64,000 nucleotides of DNA from an uncultured bacterium (GTDB taxonomy: Bacteria; Hinthialibacterota; Hinthialibacteria; Hinthialibacterales; Hinthialibacteraceae), in contig CAZFER010000016.1 in assembly GCA_964517495.1 (NCBI GenBank), positions 31,564 through 95,563 on the forward strand. The letters are read 5' to 3'. Shown here piece by piece: positions 1 through 8,629 of the stretch; the stretch's first letter is position 1; each line of letters opens with the position of its first letter. The position numbers and the translations under genes are program-made. The notes under the pieces were generated by a model. That model was not told the DNA's origin. It was given only the letters and a program-made list of their open reading frames with translations, and searched no databases.

Positions 1-1491
1 TTTCACCAGGTGTACAGCAATGCGGAGCTCGTTCTTGCCGATGGCATGCAATTGGTCTTTGCCGCCCGCTGGCATAATACTCCTTTAAAAGCCCGCATCA
101 CCGGTGTCGACATGGTCCCCGCGCTTTGCCAAATGGCCGCTCAAGAGGGATTTCGCGTATTCCTTTTCGGGGGTGGTGAAGGTGTAGCCGATGAAACTGC
201 CCAAAAATTGCAAAACGATATTCCAGGACTTACGATCGCTGGAACTTATTCTCCCCCCTTTGGTTTTGAAAACAATCCTGAGGAAGAACAAAAAGCGATC
301 CAATTAATACGTGACACTCAACCGGATATCTTGTTTGTCGCCCTGCGCACCCCACGTATGGAAACCTGGATTGACCGCCGCAAAGAGGAATTAGGCGTGC
401 CTGTCATGATGGGAATCGGTGGTGCATTTGATTTTATCATTGGCAGGCAAAAACGAGCACCCCGATGGCTTCAGCAAATTGGGATGGAGGGATTTCATCG
501 TTTTTTGTACCGTCCCAAGGATATAGGCAAACGCATCCTAACCCATGCCCCTTATTTTTTCCTGCTGTTGGTTGATCGTTTTACTTATCGTACTCAAAAA
601 CGGATCGCACAGTGTATTCGTCCGTTGGCGCTGGGTGTTGTTGATGTTTTTGTGGCACCTTTCTGTTTTGTGTTTTCTTACTGGCTTTATTTTCGTAGCA
701 ATCTATTTTCCAATCAGGCCGATCCTTTCCCCGTTCGCGAACTGTTGGATATGCCCGCCTATAGCGATTTATTAATATTTGTGGCGATTTTATCGATTGC
801 ATCCAATGCCTTTTTCCGTTTATATGAAAGGGATAAATATATCACGCTTATTACCCTTTTCTACAATACGCTAAAAGCATCATTGGCTTCTGTGTTTTTA
901 CTCATTGGCTTTCAGTTTGTATTTAAAGACTTATTCAAACCGTATGAATTTGATGGCTTTTCAAGGGTGGTGTTTGGATTTTTCGGGAGCTTTTATTTCT
1001 TGAGTTTATGGGGATGGCGGACCATTTTTCACCAACTCGAGCATGTTCTTCATCGTATTGGAATCAATATGGACCGCATTATTGTTGTGGGAACCAATCC
1101 CACCGCATTGAATGCTGTGAAAACCATGAAAAGCCGCCCCGAACTTGGCAATTTGCCTTTAGGCTTTATCGCTACGAATGATACATTTAACTCAAATCAT
1201 GAATTTAGTCCAATCCTGGGTAAGATTGAGGATATGAAGCGCCTATTACCAGCGCGCAAGGTGGATGAAGTTTTGATTGCAGATTCAACCCTCCCCTTAA
1301 ATCAATTAATCGAAATTGTTCGAACCTGCCGGGAAAATCGTGTTTCTTTAAGCATTATCCCCACCATCCATGCATTATTGGGTGTATCCTCTGAAATAAA
1401 ACGAATTGGCAATTTTAGAGTGATAACCGTTAAACCCGATCATCATATCGATTCGATGTTAGAGGTTTCGGAAAAAAGTGTATGGCCGTAA
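1..1491 (+). CDS. WecB/TagA/CpsF glycosyltransferase fused to the membrane and NAD(P)/CoA-binding domains of a WcaJ-type sugar transferase (5' partial)
   Basis: TagA/WecG motifs LVLADGM, RITGVD, PDILFVAL, MGIGGAFDF, RAPRWLQQIGMEG. These are followed by about 5 TM helices and IIVVGT...PLGFI...PILGKIEDM...VDEVLIA. The frame is open from base 1. Confidence 0.85.
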   Translation, partial: FHQVYSNAELVLADGMQLVFAARWHNTPLKARITGVDMVPALCQMAAQEGFRVFLFGGGEGVADETAQKLQNDIPGLTIAGTYSPPFGFENNPEEEQKAIQLIRDTQPDILFVALRTPRMETWIDRRKEELGVPVMMGIGGAFDFIIGRQKRAPRWLQQIGMEGFHRFLYRPKDIGKRILTHAPYFFLLLVDRFTYRTQKRIAQCIRPLALGVVDVFVAPFCFVFSYWLYFRSNLFSNQADPFPVRELLDMPAYSDLLIFVAILSIASNAFFRLYERDKYITLITLFYNTLKASLASVFLLIGFQFVFKDLFKPYEFDGFSRVVFGFFGSFYFLSLWGWRTIFHQLEHVLHRIGINMDRIIVVGTNPTALNAVKTMKSRPELGNLPLGFIATNDTFNSNHEFSPILGKIEDMKRLLPARKVDEVLIADSTLPLNQLIEIVRTCRENRVSLSIIPTIHALLGVSSEIKRIGNFRVITVKPDHHIDSMLEVSEKSVWP

Positions 1492-2477
1492 AGATTATTA
1501 AGTGTGAACGTGGTGATTTTAATGGATTAATAGACCGATGGAATGAAATTCTCTCATCCCTCGGCCAATACTCCTTTTTTCAAACACATGAATGGGTGGA
1601 TATCCTATATAAGTCCATGCCCGGAGCGAAACACCGGCATTGTTTACTCACTTTCTCAGATGGTGTTTCCGCGTTGCTTCCCTTGCTATCCATCCCTAAA
1701 AAGTGGGGCATCAGAAAAGTGGATTCACTACCCTGGGGAACTTACGGAGGCTTTCTTGGCGAGCAGGCTCTTTCAAATGCTCATTATGCAGCAGCCCTTC
1801 AATCAATGACTTCATTATTTGAACCAGTTTGTATCATAACCCTGCCGCCCAAAATGAAGGAGCAAAACAAGGATCAACCCATCTCTACCGATACCGATTC
1901 AATTCGCTGGCAATCAACACATATTTTGAAATTGGATTCGGATTTTGATTCACTTTGGGATACAAAATTCCAATCACGCAATCGCACCGCCATCCGTAAA
2001 GCTTTAAAAAGGGGTGTACAATGCCGGTTTAGCAATCTGGAAGGTGATATCAATCAATTTCATGCCCTCTATCAAAAAGCCTGTGAACGTTGGCAGGATG
2101 TTGAAACATTGCCCGATTCATTTTTTAACCAGCTGATTGACTATGATCCTGAAAAAATCAAGTTATGGTTGGCTGATTATGAAGGACGGATCATTGCCGC
2201 TGACCTTATTCTGTATGGCAAAGGGGAAGCGCAATATTTTGCGGGTGCAAGTGACCTTGAATTTTCCCACTTAAATGCGAGCAAATTACTGATGAGCGAA
2301 ATCATCAGAGATGCTGTATCTCGTGGCTATTCACTCTTCAATTTTGGCGCGAGTGCAGGTTTAAAAGGTGTTGAACAGTTCAAACGGCATTTTGGCGCTG
2401 AAAAAGTAGATTATCAACGCCTCTTTGCAGCGCATCCTGTATTACGGTTTTTCCAGCGTAAGCAGTGGCGTGTTTAA
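1482..2477 (+). CDS. GNAT/FemAB-like acyltransferase (polysaccharide-associated)
   Basis: FFQTHEW, SLPWGTYGG, RTAIRKALKRGV, FNFGAS...GVEQFKRHFGA motifs. Confidence 0.8.
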   Translation: MAVKIIKCERGDFNGLIDRWNEILSSLGQYSFFQTHEWVDILYKSMPGAKHRHCLLTFSDGVSALLPLLSIPKKWGIRKVDSLPWGTYGGFLGEQALSNAHYAAALQSMTSLFEPVCIITLPPKMKEQNKDQPISTDTDSIRWQSTHILKLDSDFDSLWDTKFQSRNRTAIRKALKRGVQCRFSNLEGDINQFHALYQKACERWQDVETLPDSFFNQLIDYDPEKIKLWLADYEGRIIAADLILYGKGEAQYFAGASDLEFSHLNASKLLMSEIIRDAVSRGYSLFNFGASAGLKGVEQFKRHFGAEKVDYQRLFAAHPVLRFFQRKQWRV

Positions 2478-2948
2478 TTTGGGGCTTAATCCATCATCTG
2501 AATTCATCCATTCAGGATGATAGGTGCGGGTGCGAATTCCATAAACCGTATCAATAAAATGGCTTTTGGTTTTTGCCGAAGCACTGCTGGCCAAAACCCG
2601 AAAGATCTCGTTGGAGGCCATTTCATCGAACAAGCGGGCAGAATATAAAACATTCACCGGCTCCTCCATGGCGTAACGTTTGACCATCCACGCAAATGTC
2701 CCTTCTGCCTGGGGATCAAGATCCAGGGCTTTCATTTCTTCCTCGAATATTTTGTATTTTTTCCAGCGTTGGTATTTATACGATCCAACAATGATGGTCA
2801 AAACAATGACCATCAAAGTGCCTAAGATGGTAAGTAAAGTTCCTGGTTCAGCACTGACGTTTTTCCAAATATTGGGGAGTACTTCCTCTGTTTGAGCTAA
2901 TACGGGGTAGAATTCTATACCTGAAAATAAATTCCAAACATCCTTCAT
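2442..2948 (-). CDS. Hypothetical single-TM membrane protein
   Basis: ATG at 2948 with a GAGGA RBS; one hydrophobic helix (LLTILGTLMVIVLTIIVG). Confidence 0.65.
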   Translation of the reverse strand: MKDVWNLFSGIEFYPVLAQTEEVLPNIWKNVSAEPGTLLTILGTLMVIVLTIIVGSYKYQRWKKYKIFEEEMKALDLDPQAEGTFAWMVKRYAMEEPVNVLYSARLFDEMASNEIFRVLASSASAKTKSHFIDTVYGIRTRTYHPEWMNSDDGLSPKLNTPLLTLEKP

Positions 2949-3272
2949 TGTTTTATCCTCAACAAAATAATAAGATACAACAAACGCAATATAATTATTC
3001 AAATTTTAACATAAATGCAAAATTTTTTCAAGATAATTTAACTTTTATTATAATTCTTATTTGGTATAATCAAAAGAAATCAATAAATAACTTTAGTCAT
3101 TAACTTAATGTTCTATACTTTACCTCAATTGGTAAAAAAGTCAGGAGAAGATTAACAAAAAAGTGTAATTTTTCGAGAATCACTATCACTGCTTACTCAC
3201 TCATCCTTTGCATTCGGGTATTAAGGAATATTGATTTTATATAAATACCTCATCACATACCTCATCACTCTA

Positions 3273-3300
3273 TTGACACTATAGATTTTCGACATATACT
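3273..3300 (+). promoter_or_regulatory. Sigma70-type promoter of the T-box/leuA leader
   Basis: TTGACA (3273-3278), 16-bp spacer, TATACT (3295-3300). Confidence 0.55.
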
Positions 3301-3318
3301 TTCTCATCTAAATCCTAT

Positions 3319-3562
3319 AAAGACGATGAAGAGGAGTAGTAGGTCATTTTCGAGGACTCAGAGAGCCGGTGGGTGCTGCAAACCGGTTCCTCGATCTGCC
3401 GAACTCGCCTTGGAGTCGCCTCCGCGAACGTTGGATAGCAACTATTAGTTGAGGCCGGGACGTGACCGTTACATCACGCAATGAAGGGCGTTCATAATAA
3501 CGCCGAACCAGGGTGGTACCGCGAACTCAACCTCGCCCCTGAAAATGGGGCGAGGTTTTTTT
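3319..3562 (+). promoter_or_regulatory. T-box riboswitch (Leu, CUC specifier) with intrinsic terminator
   Basis: Stem I with AGTA, AGAGA and GGTGCTGCAA motifs; specifier GAA-CTC (CTC at 3404-3406); T-box AGGGTGGTACCGCG at 3510-3523; terminator AACCTCGCCCC-TGAAAAT-GGGGCGAGGTT plus T-tract; lies upstream of leuA. Confidence 0.93.
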
Positions 3563-3594
3563 ATTAATTTTTGTCTCGAGAGGAGGTGATGATC

Positions 3595-3747
3595 GTGTTA
3601 GGTCTACCGACTGACTTATCCGGCGAAAGTGATCTTGGCGACCTTAGTGAACTTCCATTAGCGAAAATTGAACGAACAAAGACTATGCTGCGGTTTGACA
3701 CGAATCATCACCGTGGCGTTGAAAGGACAAAAAATCATGAGCGATAA
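3595..3747 (+). CDS. Putative Leu-rich 50-aa leader ORF overlapping the leuA start
   Basis: AGGAGGTG SD at 3581-3588, then GTG at 3595 (in-frame ATG at 3589). Translation MLGLPTDLSGESDLGDLSELPLAKIERTKTMLRFDTNHHRGVERTKNHER*. Confidence 0.45.
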   Translation: MLGLPTDLSGESDLGDLSELPLAKIERTKTMLRFDTNHHRGVERTKNHER

Positions 3748-5287
3748 AATTATCATATTCGATACGACCTTGAGAGATGGCGAACAATCGCCAGGCTTTA
3801 GCATGAATTTGCAGGAAAAATTGGAATTTGCGTATCAACTGAAACGCTTGGGGGTGGATGTGATTGAAGCCGGCTTCCCCATATCTTCCATCGGTGATTT
3901 TGAAGCGGTGAAAACCATCGCACAAAAAGTGGAAGGCCCCCAAATTTGCGGATTGGCGCGCGCCATGGAAAAAGATATCGACCGCTGCTGGGAAGCGGTT
4001 CAGTATTCAAAAAATCCTCGCATCCATACCTTTATTGCCACCAGTGCGATTCATGTTGAGAAAAAGTTGAAAAAAACCACCAAAGAAGTACGCGACATCG
4101 CTGTAAATGCAGTAAAACGCGCCAAACAATATACTGACAATGTTGAATTTTCCACCGAAGACGCCGCCCGTTCTGACAAGGATTACATCTGCGAAGTCAT
4201 CGAAGCGGCCATTGATGCAGGAGCAGCAACCATCAACGTGCCGGATACGGTCGGGTATTCCAACCCCTGGGAATTTTCGGCGTTGATCGAGTATATTTTT
4301 GAACATGTTTCCAATATCAATAACGCCATTTTGAGCGTTCACTGCCATAATGATTTGGGATTGGCAGTAGCCAATTCGCTGGCCGCCATTCAAAAAGGGG
4401 CCAGGCAGATTGAATGCACCATTAATGGGATCGGTGAACGAGCGGGCAATTCCTCGCTGGAAGAAGTGGTGATGAATATCGAAACGCGCAAGGATTTCTT
4501 CCCCTTTCATACCGATATCCAAACCACTCAAATTTATCCCACCAGCCGTCTGTTGACACGATTCACCGGGATCGGCGTCCAACCCAACAAGGCGATTGTG
4601 GGCGCCAACGCCTTTGCCCATGAGGCGGGGATTCATCAGGATGGCGTATTGAAAGAACGCACCACCTACGAAATCATGTCACCCAAATCGGTAGGCTGGA
4701 CCGGTAGTTCCATGGTGTTGGGCAAACATTCAGGACGGCATGCCTTCACCACCCGGATTAAGGAACTGGGTTTTTCGTTGGAAGGCGAAGAATTGCAGCG
4801 CGCGTTCGAAGCATTTAAAGAATTGGCGGATATGAAAAAGACCGTCTTTGACGAGGATTTGATCGCCATTGTCGATGAGCAATCACGAGCACAAGACTAT
4901 GCCCGTTATGTTCTGGAGGATGTGTTTATCAGCATTGGCCAGGATAAAAAACCCAATGCCTCCCTGCGCATCCGCGCTGATGGAGAAACGTTGGAAGGCA
5001 GCAGCAGCGGCGACGGCGCCTTGGACGCGGCCTTTTCGGTGATCAAGAAACTCACGGATATGGAGGATGCAGTGCTGGTCGATTATCATGTGGGCGCCAT
5101 TACCCTGGGAACCGACGCTCAGGGTTCCGCCAATATTATTTTGCGGAAAAATGACCGCGAAGTGGTAGGCCGGGGAACCGATACTGACGTGATCCACGCC
5201 AGCATCAAAGCCTTTTTGAGCGCCATTAACCGATTGTATACCGACACCAACGCCCAGCGGGAAGCGGATACTCACCCTAATCCCTGA
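3737..5287 (+). CDS. leuA: 2-isopropylmalate synthase
   Basis: IFDTTLRDGEQSPG, HCHNDLGLAVANS, GIGERAGN, HEAGIHQDG and a C-terminal regulatory domain; ATG at 3737 with an AAGGA RBS. Confidence 0.97.
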   Translation: MSDKIIIFDTTLRDGEQSPGFSMNLQEKLEFAYQLKRLGVDVIEAGFPISSIGDFEAVKTIAQKVEGPQICGLARAMEKDIDRCWEAVQYSKNPRIHTFIATSAIHVEKKLKKTTKEVRDIAVNAVKRAKQYTDNVEFSTEDAARSDKDYICEVIEAAIDAGAATINVPDTVGYSNPWEFSALIEYIFEHVSNINNAILSVHCHNDLGLAVANSLAAIQKGARQIECTINGIGERAGNSSLEEVVMNIETRKDFFPFHTDIQTTQIYPTSRLLTRFTGIGVQPNKAIVGANAFAHEAGIHQDGVLKERTTYEIMSPKSVGWTGSSMVLGKHSGRHAFTTRIKELGFSLEGEELQRAFEAFKELADMKKTVFDEDLIAIVDEQSRAQDYARYVLEDVFISIGQDKKPNASLRIRADGETLEGSSSGDGALDAAFSVIKKLTDMEDAVLVDYHVGAITLGTDAQGSANIILRKNDREVVGRGTDTDVIHASIKAFLSAINRLYTDTNAQREADTHPNP

Positions 5288-5314
5288 GTGTATTCATAAA
5301 TCTGGAAATGTAAT

Positions 5315-5349
5315 AAAAGAGCCGCTCGAAATCGAGCGGCTTTTGTTTT
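5315..5349 (+). terminator. Intrinsic (probably bidirectional) terminator after leuA
   Basis: AGCCGCTCGA-AA-TCGAGCGGCT hairpin flanked by A and T tracts. Confidence 0.8.
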
Positions 5350-5477
5350 AAACTTGGATTGAATTTATCCACGAATTTCTGCGATTACCTTATACCCAGA
5401 ATTGTGACGAAAAACTAATATCACCATTATTTTACATCACATTTTATCTTATACACATAGCTAGTTGGAACAAAACT

Positions 5478-5543
5478 TCAGACGGGAGATTCCACCCATA
5501 TCCATTTAATAGCTACACTGGCATCAATAACATAAAGGCTCAT
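5478..5543 (-). pseudogene. Truncated PIN-domain (VapC-type) toxin remnant
   Basis: MSLYVIDASVAIKWIWVESPV* matches the typical PIN N-terminus (hhDAShhhKW); the ATG overlaps the upstream stop (ATGA). Confidence 0.7.
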
Positions 5544-5830
5544 CGACTATCCCGGTCTTCTCGAATTAAATCGGCGCTATTGGTCTTTTGCGGTCCTACC
5601 TCTTTTCTAAACTCAGCGGCCTTTTGCAGAAATTCTTCCAGACTCAATTTCTGATTCTGAAACGATTTTGAATAATGAAAATCTCCTTCCGATCCATCCA
5701 AGGATTCTAATACGTATTTATTGATTGTTGTGTCATCAAAATAATTCTCATCGTAGAAAAAATTAACAATTTTTGAAATTTCTTCCGGTGGAAGAGACTT
5801 AATTTGTTGAATAATATCCTGGGCGTTCAT
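5540..5830 (-). CDS. Probable type II antitoxin (VapB/FitA-like C-terminus)
   Basis: 96 aa ending in the SADLIREDRDSR tail typical of PIN-associated antitoxins; coupled to the PIN fragment. Confidence 0.6.
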   Translation of the reverse strand: MNAQDIIQQIKSLPPEEISKIVNFFYDENYFDDTTINKYVLESLDGSEGDFHYSKSFQNQKLSLEEFLQKAAEFRKEVGPQKTNSADLIREDRDSR

Positions 5831-5881
5831 GGAATGTCTCCATTTTTATCGATTATTTATTCTCAGGATATAAATAATTCA

Positions 5882-8287
5882 TTATAATATATTCTTCCCA
5901 TCCACCCTGCTGGGGGCTTTCAGGTCGAAGTAATTCAGCACCGTCGGGGCGAAATCGAAGATGGAGGGGTTATCGGTGTTGATTTTGCGGTTGCAGAAAA
6001 AGATGCCGGGGACGTGTTTGGGATCAAAGCTGCAGTGACAGCCCGACCATTTTTCCATGTTGGGTTCCAGAACGGTGGGTGAAATCCCGCCCAGGCAGGT
6101 TTGCCAGGATACTCGGTAGTGTTCACTGAAACATACTTGAAGATCGGGCGCGTCATGGTCATCATCGGCATAGCGGCCAGTCCAGATATCACCGCGTTTG
6201 CCCACGAAAGAGACAACCTGCGCCCCTTCCATGCCTTCCCGGTCATCGTTAAGAGCGTTCAATTTCGTACAAATCTCGTCACAAAGAGCGTTATAGTCCT
6301 TTTTCTCAACAATGCCCAAGGGTTCACGCCCCTTCAGGTTAATGTATATCTGTCCCAAGCCAAGGGCATAGGCTTTGGTTTTTGACCAATCGACGTAAGA
6401 GAAGTAACTGTTGACATTCTTTTTCAGCAGATCATCCAGTTTCATCTCGCTATCCATCAAGGGATTGCCTTGCAGTGCCATATACCCGTTATCCACCAGC
6501 CACTTATTGATATTGACCTGGTGACGCCATGACTGAAAACCGTGGTCCGACATGACCACCAATACGGTATCCGGATCATTCTCTATCTCTTTCATCATGC
6601 GCCCCACAATTTCGTCCATACGCAGGAATACTTTTTTGATCTCGTCCTTATATTTCGCTGCATTTTCAACCTTGTGCATGGGGTGTTTTTCATCCATATG
6701 ATGGATAAACATATGGCTGACACGGTCTGTTTCTGAAAACACCGATATAAACACATTGCTGTTTGATTTGTTCCAGGTGGCGAAGGTCTTCTCTTCCCGC
6801 TTTTTCATCAGGTCAAGCAGATCATCCATGAAACCTTCTTCAGAAAGATGGCCATCCTTCAAGCCATGCGTTTCTGCGGCCCAGCCGCGGGTTTTAAATA
6901 GCCCATCGGTCCATTCAACCAGATCTTTGGAAAACGATTTGGGGTGAGAGATGGGAACCGGTGGATTGGTGGGATCGATATCAGGCGAACTCATAAAGAT
7001 ACTGATCTTACCATTGGACAGTTCCTGAGGATAAAACCGGCAGATACCATGCACAGCAATAAACTTGGTTACCGGGAATTCAAGGCGGAACCAGTCGCTC
7101 CACTTCTTTAATTTGGTCTGCTGTACCTGGCCACGGAGGCGAATTTCGACAGTTTCATCATCGATTACTTTGAATGCGACTTTGTTAAAGATGGTCTTCT
7201 TTATTTCTTCAATTTTGTCATCCAGATCATTCAATTCTTTCGACAATTCCGCCATGTGGGTTCGTGCCACACTGGCGCGCACACCTTCCTCCTTAACGAA
7301 GGGGATATCCTTCTCGATCGATTCCTGCAAGGCGTTTAGCCTTTTGGAAGTCTCTTCGGATCGTAAGTAAGAAAACAACGCCAGACTCTGAACGATTTGT
7401 GTGCCTACGATTTTCTTCAGGTTATACTTTTCTTCTTCGGTTACATGTTCGCGGCGAATCCGGTTTAAATGGGCTTGCCATTCACACCAGGTTAACCTTT
7501 TTTCCAGAATTTTCTTTTCAAGCGATCGGATTTCCTGATCAATAATGGGATCATAGGGGCCAAAGACATGGCCTTCCAACAGTTCCACATCCTTTTCATT
7601 TTGTTTTAGTTCAACAATTTTTCCACCAAAAGTGGTCTCTGTAGGTTCAAAGTCAGGGCCGTAAAGGAAATGATGAAAAGTGGCCTGCACACCGCGGCAG
7701 TCGGGAACCCCCAATCCGGAAAGCGTATACCCATAGTTCATCTTGGGCGGGGGGAAAGTGGTAGGAACTTCGAGCATGGATGTTTCAATACCATGTTTAC
7801 TCAAAACATCCCAAAAAGCCGTTCCACCACGGAGGCTTACCGCTTTGGGCATTTTGATGGGGATTCCACCAAAAATAAACTTGGGGAATTCACGCCCCAC
7901 GAATGATTCTTCAGTGGGGATATACGATCCAACAGGACGGCGTAAAAAGTCATAGACGCCATGCTCGCCTGGATTGGCGCCCACTGCAAAGCTTGCCCAT
8001 GCCACCGGTGATTCTGGAGGCGTTGAGGAACGCAAACGTGAATAAGTTCCTTGATCTGCCAAGCGGCGCAGGTTGGGAAGTTCATCCCACCATTGTTCCA
8101 CAAACCGGGGATCAGCACCGTCAAACCCAAGGATGATGAATTTCTTTTTCGTTTCTTTGCGGGGAGGTTTTCGATAGAAATAGATATAACCCGCGATAAT
8201 AACAACCAATAAGAAAAGAAACACACGCCGACTAAACCGGCGGTTTTTTTTAAATTGATCGGATGATTTTATTTTTATATTTTCCAT
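5882..8287 (-). CDS. Alkaline phosphatase superfamily / type I phosphodiesterase-nucleotide pyrophosphatase protein, membrane-anchored
   Basis: IILGFDGAD, STPPESPVAWASF...NPGEHGVYDF, DRVSHM, VMSDHGF, WSGCH motifs; N-terminal TM anchor. Confidence 0.85.
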   Translation of the reverse strand: MENIKIKSSDQFKKNRRFSRRVFLFLLVVIIAGYIYFYRKPPRKETKKKFIILGFDGADPRFVEQWWDELPNLRRLADQGTYSRLRSSTPPESPVAWASFAVGANPGEHGVYDFLRRPVGSYIPTEESFVGREFPKFIFGGIPIKMPKAVSLRGGTAFWDVLSKHGIETSMLEVPTTFPPPKMNYGYTLSGLGVPDCRGVQATFHHFLYGPDFEPTETTFGGKIVELKQNEKDVELLEGHVFGPYDPIIDQEIRSLEKKILEKRLTWCEWQAHLNRIRREHVTEEEKYNLKKIVGTQIVQSLALFSYLRSEETSKRLNALQESIEKDIPFVKEEGVRASVARTHMAELSKELNDLDDKIEEIKKTIFNKVAFKVIDDETVEIRLRGQVQQTKLKKWSDWFRLEFPVTKFIAVHGICRFYPQELSNGKISIFMSSPDIDPTNPPVPISHPKSFSKDLVEWTDGLFKTRGWAAETHGLKDGHLSEEGFMDDLLDLMKKREEKTFATWNKSNSNVFISVFSETDRVSHMFIHHMDEKHPMHKVENAAKYKDEIKKVFLRMDEIVGRMMKEIENDPDTVLVVMSDHGFQSWRHQVNINKWLVDNGYMALQGNPLMDSEMKLDDLLKKNVNSYFSYVDWSKTKAYALGLGQIYINLKGREPLGIVEKKDYNALCDEICTKLNALNDDREGMEGAQVVSFVGKRGDIWTGRYADDDHDAPDLQVCFSEHYRVSWQTCLGGISPTVLEPNMEKWSGCHCSFDPKHVPGIFFCNRKINTDNPSIFDFAPTVLNYFDLKAPSRVDGKNIL

Positions 8288-8412
8288 GATCTCCTTGTAC
8301 CTATGGTTAATGTGACATTTCTATTGTATCTCGAACAGCTTTAGGGTTTTCATTTTTTAAATTGTTTCCACGATTGTATCAAAAATGGGTTGAAACAATG
8401 ATCAATCTTTTT

Positions 8413-8472
8413 GTAGGGGCAAACCTATGTGTTTGCCCTATGCTTAGGGTTGACACAAAGGTCAACCCCTAC
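8413..8472. repeat. GTAG-type REP doublet (REPIN)
   Basis: GTAGGGGCAAACCTATGTGTTTGCCCT ... AGGGTTGACACAAAGGTCAACCCCTAC, an inverted pair of hairpins. Confidence 0.75.
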
Positions 8473-8629
8473 ATTCTGTAAGAAAAATTCTGCATACTTG
8501 CCTTAATCTCATGATGATGGTGTTAAATGCCTAAATCCAGTCAAACTAAAAGGTTACTTAAAGCATACCGTTCAAACATCCATAATCAAAATTTATGCTC
8601 TTGATTACAGGTTATAGTGGGGAAAAGGT

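Noticed and set aside
3668-3736. N-terminal extension of LeuA from TTG 3668
   Set aside because: LeuA homology starts at MSDKIIIFDTT (ATG 3737), which has its own RBS
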